A program made the position numbers and the translations under genes. This document shows positions 38,181 to 47,662 of a stretch of 64,000 bases of DNA, in pieces. The DNA comes from Planctomycetota bacterium (lineage in GTDB: Bacteria > Planctomycetota > UBA1135 > UBA2386). Below the pieces are notes generated by a model. That model searched no databases and had not been told where the DNA came from. It saw only the letters and a program-made list of their open reading frames with translations. The stretch spans positions 1,267 through 65,266 of the forward strand of contig JBNMNW010000002.1 of NCBI GenBank assembly GCA_051278165.1, in the 5' to 3' direction. Each line of letters begins with the position of its first letter. Positions within the stretch are counted from its first letter, which is position 1.

Positions 38181-38216
38181 TCTTGGACGGGCCGCTGTTC
38201 TTGGAAGGGCCGCTGC
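38181..38216. repeat. Two tandem 18-nt units
   Basis: tcttggacgggccgctgt / tcttggaagggccgctgc. The array begins 33 nt after the murA stop. Confidence 0.85.
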
Positions 38217-38345
38217 CTGAGCAGGCAGTTGCTCCCTGGCAAGATTTAGCCCGGCATTTGGAGCCTTCGTGCTCCGACGTGCTTGTCGCCCATCGCTAAC
38301 CTGACGCAGTCGGCGCGATATCGGTGGCTTGAAGGGCACGCGCTG

Positions 38346-38873
38346 CTACTCGATGGCGAGCGCAACGGGTCGCACGCAGGCGGATTCGTCGCGCCATGTT
38401 TCGGCCAGCGAAACGCCCGACCCCGACTGGCATTCGATCAATGCTAATGCGAACGCGATGACGTCGTGGGGCTGGCAATTGCGTTCGATGCGGATGGCAC
38501 CAATGCCAGTCTCGCGGCAACGTTGTCGCAGCCAGTATACGGCTAGATGGTCGGTTGCGATGGCCACGCCGTCGAGTTCGAGTTCATGCTTGCGAAGGAT
38601 AAGCTCGTTGGCGGGACCCTCGAGTGTCGCGTGCTCGGCGACAAACTCCGAAGCACGTTCGACGACTCGCGGGTGGTCCGGAGGGTAGATCGTGATGTTC
38701 TTGATTGCAGACGCAAAGGCAGTCATGCATGCGGTTACACGATTCGCATGCGCTGCATTGTGCTTTGTGGGGCGAGTCACAGGGCCGTCTATCGCCGGTT
38801 GCCACGCACTTGTTCCAGGCCGTGTTTGCATGGTTTCGAAGCTGCGATCGCATCGATGGCTGCTGGTCGGCAT
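38346..38873 (-). CDS. Hypothetical protein
   Basis: The C-terminal ~125 aa are protein-like (MTAFASAIKNITIYPPDHPRVVERASEF...). The start is uncertain (38873, 38831 or 38723), and I recognise no family. Confidence 0.5.
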   Translation of the reverse strand: MPTSSHRCDRSFETMQTRPGTSAWQPAIDGPVTRPTKHNAAHANRVTACMTAFASAIKNITIYPPDHPRVVERASEFVAEHATLEGPANELILRKHELELDGVAIATDHLAVYWLRQRCRETGIGAIRIERNCQPHDVIAFALALIECQSGSGVSLAETWRDESACVRPVALAIE

Positions 38874-38904
38874 TTAGCTCGTCAGTTGAGCGAGCGGCGA
38901 TCGT

Positions 38905-40056
38905 TCAGCAGCCGACGGCATCAGCAACGGCCGCGATGACGTCTTCGACATCTTGGTCGGTCAGTTTGGCCGACAACGGCAGCGACAGCGTGCGATCGCC
39001 GATCGCCTTGGCGTGCGGGTAATCTTCGGACCGCCAGCCGAACCGCTCGCGGTAGACCTTGAGATCGGGGATGGCGCGGTAGTGCACTCCGGTGCCGATG
39101 TTCCGCTTGTGCATCGCCAGCAACATCTCATCGCGCGAGATGCCAGCGTCAGCCTTGTTGACGAGCAGCGTGAATAGGTGCATCGCGTGCCGTTCGTCGT
39201 CGGGCCAGGCAGCCGGCGTTTGCAGCGGCATGTTGGCGAACGCTTCCATGTAGCGCTTCCAAATGACTTGCCGCCTTAGCCAGTAGTCTTCGACACGTTG
39301 GATCTGGTGCATGCCGATGGCTGCCTGCAGGTCCATCATGTTGTATTTGAAGCCGAACTCTTCGACGTCGTAGTGCCGGTAGCCATCGTCGCTGAAGCGC
39401 TTCCACGCATCACTCGACATGCCGTGCAGGCCCATCATCTTGGTGCGTTGCGCCAGTGCCGCGTCGCGGGTCAGCACCATGCCGCCTTCGCCGGTGACGA
39501 TGTTCTTGGTCGAGTAGAAGCTCAACACGCCAAGGTCGCCGATGGTGCCGGCCTTTTGGCCGTGGTATTCCGTTTCGATTGCGTGGGCGCAGTCCTCGAT
39601 GACCTTTAAATCATGCTCCTTGGCGATCGCCATCAGTTCGTCCATCGCGCACGAGCGTCCGGCGAAGTGCACTGGCAGGATCGCTTTGGTGCGAGGCGTG
39701 ATTGCGCGGCGAACGGACTCCGGATCGATGTTCATCGTCACCGGGTCAACGTCGGCGAGCACGGGGGTTGCGCCGGCGTGAATGATCGCGTTGACCGACG
39801 CGCAAAACGTCATCGGTGTCGTGATGATCTCGTCGCCCGGTTCGAGGCCAAGCACCACGCAGGCGAGGTGCAGACCGGCGGTGCACGAGTTGAGGCCAAC
39901 GGCGTGCGGCACACCTTTGTAGTCGGCAACACGGCGTTCGAACTCGGCCGCCTTAGGGCCGGTGCCGAGCCATGAGGACTTCATGGAGTCGACGACTTCA
40001 TCGATCTCAGCTTGTTCGATGAGGGGTTGCCCAAATACGAGGTAGGAATCGCGCAT
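38905..40056 (-). CDS. DegT/DnrJ/EryC1/StrS family sugar aminotransferase
   Basis: MRDSYLVFGQPLIEQAEIDEV start, and the PLP-lysine region SFYSTKNIVTGEGGMV. Confidence 0.85.
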   Translation of the reverse strand: MRDSYLVFGQPLIEQAEIDEVVDSMKSSWLGTGPKAAEFERRVADYKGVPHAVGLNSCTAGLHLACVVLGLEPGDEIITTPMTFCASVNAIIHAGATPVLADVDPVTMNIDPESVRRAITPRTKAILPVHFAGRSCAMDELMAIAKEHDLKVIEDCAHAIETEYHGQKAGTIGDLGVLSFYSTKNIVTGEGGMVLTRDAALAQRTKMMGLHGMSSDAWKRFSDDGYRHYDVEEFGFKYNMMDLQAAIGMHQIQRVEDYWLRRQVIWKRYMEAFANMPLQTPAAWPDDERHAMHLFTLLVNKADAGISRDEMLLAMHKRNIGTGVHYRAIPDLKVYRERFGWRSEDYPHAKAIGDRTLSLPLSAKLTDQDVEDVIAAVADAVGC

Positions 40057-40075
40057 AACCGTTCGTGAACGTTGT

Positions 40076-41545
40076 CTATCGGTTGGCGCGGCGCCAGCCC
40101 ACAAAGGCAATTGCCAACGCGAGTACCCACGAGCCGACGCGGTCGAGGAAGCCGCCGGGAAGTTCGGGTAGCAGCTGCATCTTGTTGATGTAGAAGGCTA
40201 GCACGGCGCTGCCGCCGCCGACGACCATCGAAGCGAAGCCCCAGTTCGGTGCCACCGGTCCTAGGCAGAGTCGCACGATCAGCAGCGGGCCAAACGCGGA
40301 GCCGAGAGCTGCCCACGCGAACATGACGTTGCCGAAGACATCCTTGGGCAGCAGCAGCGCGGCGATCAGGGCGCCGATGCCAATGATCAGCACGGTGCCG
40401 CGCGCGATCAGTAGCATCTTGTTGGGAAAGCGTCTGGCCAAGCCTAGGTCGTGGGTCACGCTGCTGGCGCAGACCAGCAGCTGGCTGTCTACCGTCGACA
40501 TGATCGCGGCCAGCACACTGGCGACGACGATGCCGTCGACGACGACTGGTAGCAGGTTCTTGCTCGCTTCGTAGATCGCGTCCTCGGGGTGGCCAACGTC
40601 CATGTTGGCACGAACGGCCCAGCCGACAATCAACATGCCACTGTAGAGCAATACCGCCCAGCTCAGGCCAACGGTGCGCGCCACGGTCATCGAAGCGGTG
40701 GGGGACATGCCCATGAACTTGTTCACGGCATGCGGCTGGCCAGGGTAGCCGAGCCCGATGCCGACCAGCCCGAAGGCGAACGCCGCTGCTGCCGCGCCTT
40801 CATACTTGCCGCCCAAGCTGTGCCAATTCGCCACATCAACTGCCGCAATCTGGTCGACGAACTCGCTGATGCCGCCGGCGTTCACGATCGCCGCGATCGG
40901 CACGAGCACGGCAACAACGACCATTAGCAAGCCCTGCACGGTGTCGGTGACGCTCGCTGCCAAGTAGCCGCCCATCAGCGTGTAGGTCACGGTCACCAGT
41001 GCGCCGATGGCGATGCCCATGCTCGCGTCTTCACCGAACTGCACCGGGAACGCGTGCGAGAACGCGGCGCCCGCGGCTTGCATCTGAGCGGCTACATAGG
41101 TCAGCAGCGACGCGAGCGTCAGCAATGCGGCGAACACGGCAATGCGATGGCGGCCGGGTGCGCCGGCTGGACCCGCCAGGTAGTCGGTCAGGGTGATTGC
41201 GTCGCCGGTCTGGGCGCGCATACGCGGTGCGATCACAAACCAGTTGAGCACGAATCCGCCGATGCAGCCGGGGATCAGCCACAGCGCGGTCATGCCGAAG
41301 GTGTAGGCGAAGCCGCCGACGCCAACGATGCTCCACGCCGACGAAGAACTGGCGTTGGCAGCCAGCGCCGTGACCCACGGGCCTAGGGACCGGCCGCCGA
41401 GGTAGAAGCCATCGGAGTCATGGGTCTTCTGGCGTGCGCGTAGGCCGACGAGCAACAATCCGATCAGGAACGCAATCAACGCGATCAAGATCGCGGTTTC
41501 GCGGCTGACTACCGTTTCGTCGAGGATCGCCGTTTCACCTAACAT
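40076..41545 (-). CDS. Sodium:solute symporter (SSS family, PutP-like)
   Basis: FYLGGRSLGPWVTALAANASSSSAWS resembles the SSS N-terminal signature. There are about 13 TM helices. Confidence 0.8.
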   Translation of the reverse strand: MLGETAILDETVVSRETAILIALIAFLIGLLLVGLRARQKTHDSDGFYLGGRSLGPWVTALAANASSSSAWSIVGVGGFAYTFGMTALWLIPGCIGGFVLNWFVIAPRMRAQTGDAITLTDYLAGPAGAPGRHRIAVFAALLTLASLLTYVAAQMQAAGAAFSHAFPVQFGEDASMGIAIGALVTVTYTLMGGYLAASVTDTVQGLLMVVVAVLVPIAAIVNAGGISEFVDQIAAVDVANWHSLGGKYEGAAAAAFAFGLVGIGLGYPGQPHAVNKFMGMSPTASMTVARTVGLSWAVLLYSGMLIVGWAVRANMDVGHPEDAIYEASKNLLPVVVDGIVVASVLAAIMSTVDSQLLVCASSVTHDLGLARRFPNKMLLIARGTVLIIGIGALIAALLLPKDVFGNVMFAWAALGSAFGPLLIVRLCLGPVAPNWGFASMVVGGGSAVLAFYINKMQLLPELPGGFLDRVGSWVLALAIAFVGWRRANR

Positions 41546-41581
41546 GTGCGCAGACTACCATCCGATTGAGTCACAGCCGCA

Positions 41582-43198
41582 ATGGATACCGCCAACCGCT
41601 TCGCCCGTTATCTCCGTTTTCGAAGTGTGCTCGACGACCCGTTCGTCGAACTCGACTTGAGCCATTCTGCGCTCGAGGAGAGTGACGTCAGCGCGCTTAC
41701 TCCCGCCTTGACGATGGCCCTGCAGGCGATGCAGGAAGTCGAAGCTGGCAGTATTGCCAATGCCGACGAAGGTCGACAGGTTGGCCACTTCTGGTTGCGA
41801 GCGCCCGGGCTGGCACCGTCCGAAGAACTCGAGCAGGCGATTCGCGGCAGTATCGATGACTTGGCCGCGTTCGTTGAGGCAGTGCATTGCGGTCGTATCG
41901 CACCTCCCGAAGGTGGCGCGTTCGGCAAGGTCGTGCTGTGCGGCATCGGTGGCTCGGCGCTCGGCCCGATGCTGCTTAACGATATCTTCGGGAGTCCGGT
42001 TGCTGGAGATGCGGCTGTTGGAGGTTCGGCTGTTGGGAACTCGGGCCAGCCGATGCAGCTGTTCGTGCTCGACAACACGGATCCGGAAGGCATCGATCGC
42101 ATGCTTGCCCGTGTCGGTAGCTTGCAGGATGCGTTGGTGATCGTTATCAGCAAGAGCGGTGGCACAGCCGAGACGCGCAATGGCATGCTCGAAGTTCGGC
42201 GCGCGGTGGAGCAGCAAGGGCTCGCGTTCGCTGCGCGTGCCATCGCGGTGACGATGGATGGCAGCAAGCTGCACCAGTTGGCGACCGGCGAAGAGTGGCT
42301 GAAGACCTTTCCGATGTGGGATTGGGTTGGCGGTCGCACGTCGATCACATCCGCCGTCGGCCTGTTGCCGGGCGCGTTGATCGGCATGGATATTCGCGCG
42401 TTCTTGGCTGGCGCTGCGGCCATGGACGACGCGACCCGCAACCCGGACGTTTGGCAGAATCCTGCCGCGATGCTCGCCGCGTTTTGGCATCACGAAGGTC
42501 AGGGTAAGGGTGAGCGCGCAATGGTCGTGTTGCCTTACAAGGATCGCATGCTGCTGTTGTCCCGCTACATGCAGCAGCTGGTCATGGAGTCGTTGGGTAA
42601 AGAGCACGACCGCCAGGGCAACGTCGTCAACCAAGGCCTTGCCGTCTACGGCAACAAAGGTTCGACCGATCAACACGCCTACGTGCAGCAACTGCGCGAC
42701 GGCCGCCACGACTTCTTCGCAACGTTCGTGCGAGTGCTGCAGGATCGCGACGGCGACGAATACTTTGAAGTGGCTGATGGTGTGACCGCAGGTGACTTCC
42801 TCGATGGCTTCTGGCAAGGCACGCGCACGGCGCTGTATGAGAAGGGACGGCGTTCCGCAACCATCGCTGTCGATCGCGTCGACGAACGTGTGCTCGGTGC
42901 GTTGGTCGGGTTGTTCGAACGAACGGTCTCCATCTACGCCGAGTTGATCGACACCAACGCCTATAATCAGCCTGGCGTCGAAGCCGGCAAGAAGGCGGCT
43001 GGCGTGGTGCTTGATCTACAGGGCAAGTTGCTCGCTGCGATCACCACCGATGCACAGAGCGTCATCGCGCTCGCCGCGAAGGTCTCGGCCGACCCTGCCG
43101 ATTGCTGGCCCATCCTGCAGCATCTCGCGGCCAACCGTTCGCACGTGCACGTGGTCCGCGGCCACGAGCCGGCAGACGCGACGTTTTTACGGCGATGA
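41582..43198 (+). CDS. pgi: Glucose-6-phosphate isomerase
   Basis: SIS-domain motif VISKSGGTAETRNG, with typical length and overall pattern. It contains a 15-bp x2 in-frame duplication at 42011-42040 (AAVGG/SAVGN). Confidence 0.9.
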   Translation: MDTANRFARYLRFRSVLDDPFVELDLSHSALEESDVSALTPALTMALQAMQEVEAGSIANADEGRQVGHFWLRAPGLAPSEELEQAIRGSIDDLAAFVEAVHCGRIAPPEGGAFGKVVLCGIGGSALGPMLLNDIFGSPVAGDAAVGGSAVGNSGQPMQLFVLDNTDPEGIDRMLARVGSLQDALVIVISKSGGTAETRNGMLEVRRAVEQQGLAFAARAIAVTMDGSKLHQLATGEEWLKTFPMWDWVGGRTSITSAVGLLPGALIGMDIRAFLAGAAAMDDATRNPDVWQNPAAMLAAFWHHEGQGKGERAMVVLPYKDRMLLLSRYMQQLVMESLGKEHDRQGNVVNQGLAVYGNKGSTDQHAYVQQLRDGRHDFFATFVRVLQDRDGDEYFEVADGVTAGDFLDGFWQGTRTALYEKGRRSATIAVDRVDERVLGALVGLFERTVSIYAELIDTNAYNQPGVEAGKKAAGVVLDLQGKLLAAITTDAQSVIALAAKVSADPADCWPILQHLAANRSHVHVVRGHEPADATFLRR

Positions 43199-43563
43199 AG
43201 GCTCGCCAGTTCGGGCTGGTGATGGCGCTGTTGTCGATCAGCTGTGCCGGCACCGGGAGCCAGTCGTCAACGGTGCTCGATGCGCGTGATCCCCACGAGC
43301 AGCCCGCAGTCCAGGAACAGCTGTTCCCGGTGGCGATCGTGTTCGAGCCGGCACTGTCGAAGGCCGGCAGGTTGTCGGTGCGTCACGAATCGGGCTGGGC
43401 CGTCGAACTTCAGGCCCGGCCATCCGGCGTTGACTTTGCCATGCCCGAAGGCCCGGCAAGTTTGCTGTTGGTCGTGGGCGAGCATCGGTTCGAACGCACA
43501 CTGAAGGTAGCGTCCCGTAGTGACGGCCATGCTTCGAGTTGCGTGTGGCGCCTGCCGCACTAG
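43195..43563 (+). CDS. Hypothetical lipoprotein
   Basis: MKARQFGLVMALLSISCAG has a lipobox. Its ATG overlaps the pgi stop (ATGA). Confidence 0.6.
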   Translation: MKARQFGLVMALLSISCAGTGSQSSTVLDARDPHEQPAVQEQLFPVAIVFEPALSKAGRLSVRHESGWAVELQARPSGVDFAMPEGPASLLLVVGEHRFERTLKVASRSDGHASSCVWRLPH

Positions 43564-43750
43564 CGCAGCTCTCTGCGGGCTTCTTCGGGCGTGCCTGTCA
43601 CGCAGCTGTGCGACCACGGGTGGTAATGGCAAGCGTCGCGACGCCCAACAAGTAGTGCTTTCCCGAGCGAACTACGGAACTCTACGTGGCGTTCGCGGCG
43701 CCGACTCGCTACTGTCTTCACGCTTTCCCTACCAACCAGGAGAAAGCGAT

Positions 43751-45208
43751 TTGGCAGAGTTTCTCGGCGAAGGCCTCACCTACGACGACGTCCTGTTGGT
43801 GCCGCAAATGGCATCGGCGCTGCCGCGTGACGTTGTCACGACGACCCGGTTTTGCCGCGGCGTGACGGTCCAGGCGCCGATTGCCTCCGCCGCCATGGAC
43901 ACGGTCACCGAATACCGCATGGCGGTCGGGCTGGCCCAGCAAGGTGGCATCGGCATCGTGCACAAAAACCTGTCGATCGAGGGCCAGTGCCACGAGGTCG
44001 ACAAGGTCAAGCGCTCGGCCAATGGCATCATCCAAGATCCGGTGGCTCTGTCGCCAGACGACACGGTGGGGCAGGCCAAAGACCTGATGCGTTCGCATAA
44101 GATCAGCGGCTTACCAGTCGTTGATGACAAGCGCGTTGTCGTGGGCATCCTGACGAATCGCGACCTGCGCTTCGTCGATGATCGTGACACCTTGGTCGGA
44201 GCCGTGATGACCAAGCAAAACCTGGTCAAGGCACAGCCCGGCACGACGCTAGATCAAGCGCGCCAGATCCTGCGCACCAACAAGGTCGAGAAGCTGATCC
44301 TGGTCAAGGAAGACGGCACCTTGGCTGGCTTGATCACGATGCGCGATATTCGCGGCACCGAGGAATATCCGATGGCAGCGCGCGATGAGCGCGGACGACT
44401 ATTGGTTGGTGCGGCGGTCGGCGTGCACGACCTCGAGCGAGTCGCCAAGTTGGTCGAAGCTGGTGTCGACGTCGTTGTCGTTGATACCGCCCACGGCCAC
44501 AGCAAGAACGTCATCGACACCGTCATGGCGATCAAAAAGCTGCTGTCGATTCCAGTCGTTGCAGGCAACGTCGGCAGCTACGACGGCGCCATGGCGTTGG
44601 TCGACGCGGGCGTTGACGGCGTTAAGGTCGGTATTGGTCCCGGCTCGATCTGCACGACGCGCGTGGTTACCGGATGTGGCGTGCCACAGTTGACGGCCGT
44701 GCTCGACGCTGTTCGTGCGTGTGCGTCGGCCGACGTGCCGGTGATCGCCGACGGTGGCATCCGCCAGTCGGGCGACATCGTTAAGGCACTTGCCGCAGGT
44801 GCTTCGACCGTCATGCTCGGCTCGCTACTCGCAGGACTCGATGAGTCTCCCGGCGAAACGATTCTCTATCGCGGCCGTTCCTTCAAGACCGTGCGCGGCA
44901 TGGGCTCACTCGGAGCGATGGAGAAGGGCTCGGCCGATCGTTACGCGCAAGGCGACGTGCAGGACAAGATGAAGTTCGTGCCCGAAGGCGTCGAGGGCAT
45001 GGTGCCCTACAAGGGCCCGGTCGCGAACTACGTATACCAGCTCGTCGGCGGGATTCGCTCCGGCATGGGCTACTGCGGTTCGCGCACGCTGAAGGAGCTT
45101 ACCGACAAGGCCAAGTTCTTGCGGGTCAGCCCGGCGACGTTGCGCGAGTCGCACCCACACGACATTCAAATCACCAAAGAAGCGCCTAACTACTCAGGCG
45201 AAGCATGA
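43751..45208 (+). CDS. guaB: IMP dehydrogenase
   Basis: A CBS pair, catalytic [13 protein letters not shown], and [11 protein letters not shown]. The proposed TTG start gives (M)[18 protein letters not shown], with an AGGAGA Shine-Dalgarno 7 nt upstream. Confidence 0.9.
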   Translation: MAEFLGEGLTYDDVLLVPQMASALPRDVVTTTRFCRGVTVQAPIASAAMDTVTEYRMAVGLAQQGGIGIVHKNLSIEGQCHEVDKVKRSANGIIQDPVALSPDDTVGQAKDLMRSHKISGLPVVDDKRVVVGILTNRDLRFVDDRDTLVGAVMTKQNLVKAQPGTTLDQARQILRTNKVEKLILVKEDGTLAGLITMRDIRGTEEYPMAARDERGRLLVGAAVGVHDLERVAKLVEAGVDVVVVDTAHGHSKNVIDTVMAIKKLLSIPVVAGNVGSYDGAMALVDAGVDGVKVGIGPGSICTTRVVTGCGVPQLTAVLDAVRACASADVPVIADGGIRQSGDIVKALAAGASTVMLGSLLAGLDESPGETILYRGRSFKTVRGMGSLGAMEKGSADRYAQGDVQDKMKFVPEGVEGMVPYKGPVANYVYQLVGGIRSGMGYCGSRTLKELTDKAKFLRVSPATLRESHPHDIQITKEAPNYSGEA

Positions 45209-46851
45209 GCCAGCAAGCAGACGAAGGCAGCAGTGTGGTTGAGAGCAGTGTGGTTGAGGGCAGTGCGGTTGAGAGCCGTGCGGTTGAAAGCAGCGTGGTC
45301 GATGAGGTGTTGGGCGGCGTCCTGATCATCGACTTCGGCGCGCAATACTGTCAGTTGATTGCCCGCCGCATTCGAGAACTCGGGGTCTACTCGCGCATCA
45401 CCGTGCCCGATCGCGCGATGTTCACGCTCAAGCATATGCGGCCGAAGGCGATCATCCTCAGCGGTGGTCCGTGCTCGGTGTATGCGCACGATGCGCCAGC
45501 TCTCGATCCTGCGATCCTTGAGCAAGGTGTGCCCGTGCTCGGCATCTGCTATGGCTTGCAGTGGTTGGCGCAACACACCGGCGGCACTGTCTTGCCAGCC
45601 AAGAGTGGTTCCGAATACGGCCGCACTGAGTTGCAGCCGATCGACACCGCGGACCTGCTCGCCGGCGTTCGCCAAGATGGCATCGTCTGGATGTCGCACG
45701 GTGACAAGGTGCAGGAGCTGGGGCCGGGCTTCGAAGTCATGGCCAAGAGCGAGCCGTGCCCGTTTGCAGTCGTTGGCGATCGCAAGCGCAAGATGTTTGG
45801 CCTGCAGTTCCATCCGGAAGTGAACCACACGGTCGACGGCCAACGCATCCTCGAGAACTTCGTGCTCGGCATCGCTGGTTGTGACAACGATTGGAACCCT
45901 GGCAACCTGGCCGAGCGCAAGATTCAGGCGGTCAAGGACCTGGTCGGCGAGACTGGCGAAGTGGTGCTTGGTTTGTCCGGTGGCGTCGATAGTTCGGTTG
46001 CCGCGGTGCTAGTGCACCGTGCCATCGGCACGCGTCTGCACTGCGTGTTCGTCGACAATGGGCTGCTTCGTCAAGGCGAGCGTGAAGGCGTTGAGGAGCT
46101 GTTCCGCGACGACTACCACATGGATCTGAAGGTTGTGGATGCCGCCGACCGGTTCTTGTCCGAGTTGCAGGGGATTACCGATCCCGAGCAGAAGCGCAAG
46201 ATCATCGGCCGCATCTTCGTCGAGATCTTCGAAGAGGAATCCAAGGGCTACAAGAACGCTAACTTCCTTGGCCAAGGCACCCTCTATCCGGATGTCATCG
46301 AGTCGGTCGCCGCTCACGGTGGCGCCACGTCGACGATCAAGAGCCATCACAACGTTGGCGGTTTGCCCGCGCACATGAAGATGAAGTTGGTCGAGCCGCT
46401 GCGGGACCTCTTCAAGGACGAGGTGCGTGCGTTGGGTCGTGAGCTTGGCCTGCCATCCTCGCTGGTCGATCGCCAACCGTTCCCTGGGCCTGGTCTGGCG
46501 GTGCGTTGTCTTGGCGAAGTCACGCGCGAGAAGCTCGAACCGCTTCGGCAAGCGGATGCCGTGGTGCGTGAAGAGATCGAATCACGCGACCTCCACAAGG
46601 ATCTGTGGCAATACTTTGCGGTTTATGTGCCGCAAAAAACCGTAGGTGTGAAGGGCGATGCGCGCGTTTATCAGGACGTGTGCGTAGTTCGCTTGGTTTC
46701 GAGCCAGGACGCCATGACGGCGGATTGGGAGACCCTGCCAACGGATGTGATGCGCCGCGTGTCGAGTCGTATCCTCAATGAAGTGGACGGGTTCGCGCGG
46801 GTGTGCCTCGATATCAGTTCGAAGCCGCCCGGCACGATTGAGTGGGAATAG
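45205..46851 (+). CDS. guaA: GMP synthase (glutamine-hydrolysing)
   Basis: GATase Cys in VLGICYGLQW, PP-loop LGLSGGVDSSVAA, and C-terminal KPPGTIEWE. The ATG overlaps the guaB stop (ATGA). The first ~35 codons are repeat-derived, so a later start is possible. Confidence 0.9.
   Translation: MSQQADEGSSVVESSVVEGSAVESRAVESSVVDEVLGGVLIIDFGAQYCQLIARRIRELGVYSRITVPDRAMFTLKHMRPKAIILSGGPCSVYAHDAPALDPAILEQGVPVLGICYGLQWLAQHTGGTVLPAKSGSEYGRTELQPIDTADLLAGVRQDGIVWMSHGDKVQELGPGFEVMAKSEPCPFAVVGDRKRKMFGLQFHPEVNHTVDGQRILENFVLGIAGCDNDWNPGNLAERKIQAVKDLVGETGEVVLGLSGGVDSSVAAVLVHRAIGTRLHCVFVDNGLLRQGEREGVEELFRDDYHMDLKVVDAADRFLSELQGITDPEQKRKIIGRIFVEIFEEESKGYKNANFLGQGTLYPDVIESVAAHGGATSTIKSHHNVGGLPAHMKMKLVEPLRDLFKDEVRALGRELGLPSSLVDRQPFPGPGLAVRCLGEVTREKLEPLRQADAVVREEIESRDLHKDLWQYFAVYVPQKTVGVKGDARVYQDVCVVRLVSSQDAMTADWETLPTDVMRRVSSRILNEVDGFARVCLDISSKPPGTIEWE
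45229..45303. repeat. Five tandem 15-bp units at the guaA 5' end
   Basis: agcagtgtggttgag x2 (perfect), then ggcagtgcggttgag, agccgtgcggttgaa and agcagcgtggtcgat. These encode SSVVE SSVVE GSAVE SRAVE SSVVD. Confidence 0.9.
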
Positions 46852-47020
46852 CGCGTTGCGCTCCGGGGACGCCTGCGGGTTGTCCCCAAGGGTTTGTCCC
46901 ACGGGCCTCTTGTCAGTAGGGGCAAGACCCATCGACTTCGATTGATCCCCCTGCCGAATTGGTTGGTTACCAGGGCGCAGTGGCTCTGGCTTAAGCCATG
47001 CGACCAATCAGGAGGATTCG

Positions 47021-47659
47021 ATGACTGCAACCGACGCACCGGACGCCGCGTCCGTCGGCAACACGGCCACGGGGCAAAGCCCCGCGGATGCCGTTAGCCA
47101 GGCCACAAGTAAGGCCTCAAAGGAGCCGGAAACGGCGACGCCAGCCAAAGTGGAAGTGCCGCCATCTCTGCGCGGCAACAAAGACCAAGACAGCCAGGGC
47201 ACACAGGTTGTGAGCTTCCGTCTTGGCGAAGAGGAGTACGGAGTCAACATCATGACTGTGCAGGAGATCATTCTGATCGGCTGCATTACACAGGTGCCAG
47301 AGGTTCCCGAGCATGTGCTCGGTGTGATCAACCTGCGTGGCAATGTGATCCCGATCCTGAATCTCCGCTGCCGCTTTGGCATGCCGGATCAAGAGCCGGA
47401 GGACGCAACACGCATTGTCGTGATGAACCTCAACGGCCGCACGGTGGGAGTCGTCGTCGACGCGGTCAGCGAAGTGCTGCGCCTGACGGACGATGACGTT
47501 TCGCCGACGCCGCAGTCCCTTACCGGTGCAGGTAAGGACTACATCATTGGCCTCGCCCAAAGCGGCGAGCGCCTACTAATTCTGTTGGACATGGCTCGCT
47601 TGCTGGGTGGCAACGAGCTCGGGGTAATCACCAATCAAGTTTCGAAGGGAGAGTCGTAA
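47021..47659 (+). CDS. cheW: Chemotaxis coupling protein CheW with ~60-aa disordered N-terminal extension
   Basis: VVSFRLGEEEYGVNIMTVQEIILIGCITQVPEVPEHVLGVINLRGNVIPILNLR. An AGGAGG Shine-Dalgarno precedes the ATG. Confidence 0.9.
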   Translation: MTATDAPDAASVGNTATGQSPADAVSQATSKASKEPETATPAKVEVPPSLRGNKDQDSQGTQVVSFRLGEEEYGVNIMTVQEIILIGCITQVPEVPEHVLGVINLRGNVIPILNLRCRFGMPDQEPEDATRIVVMNLNGRTVGVVVDAVSEVLRLTDDDVSPTPQSLTGAGKDYIIGLAQSGERLLILLDMARLLGGNELGVITNQVSKGES

Positions 47660-47662
47660 GAG

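Noticed and set aside
43564-43750. A possible purine riboswitch or other leader upstream of guaB.
   Set aside because: None of the conserved purine-riboswitch core sequences or the three-way junction could be recognised. The region is short and unstructured by eye.
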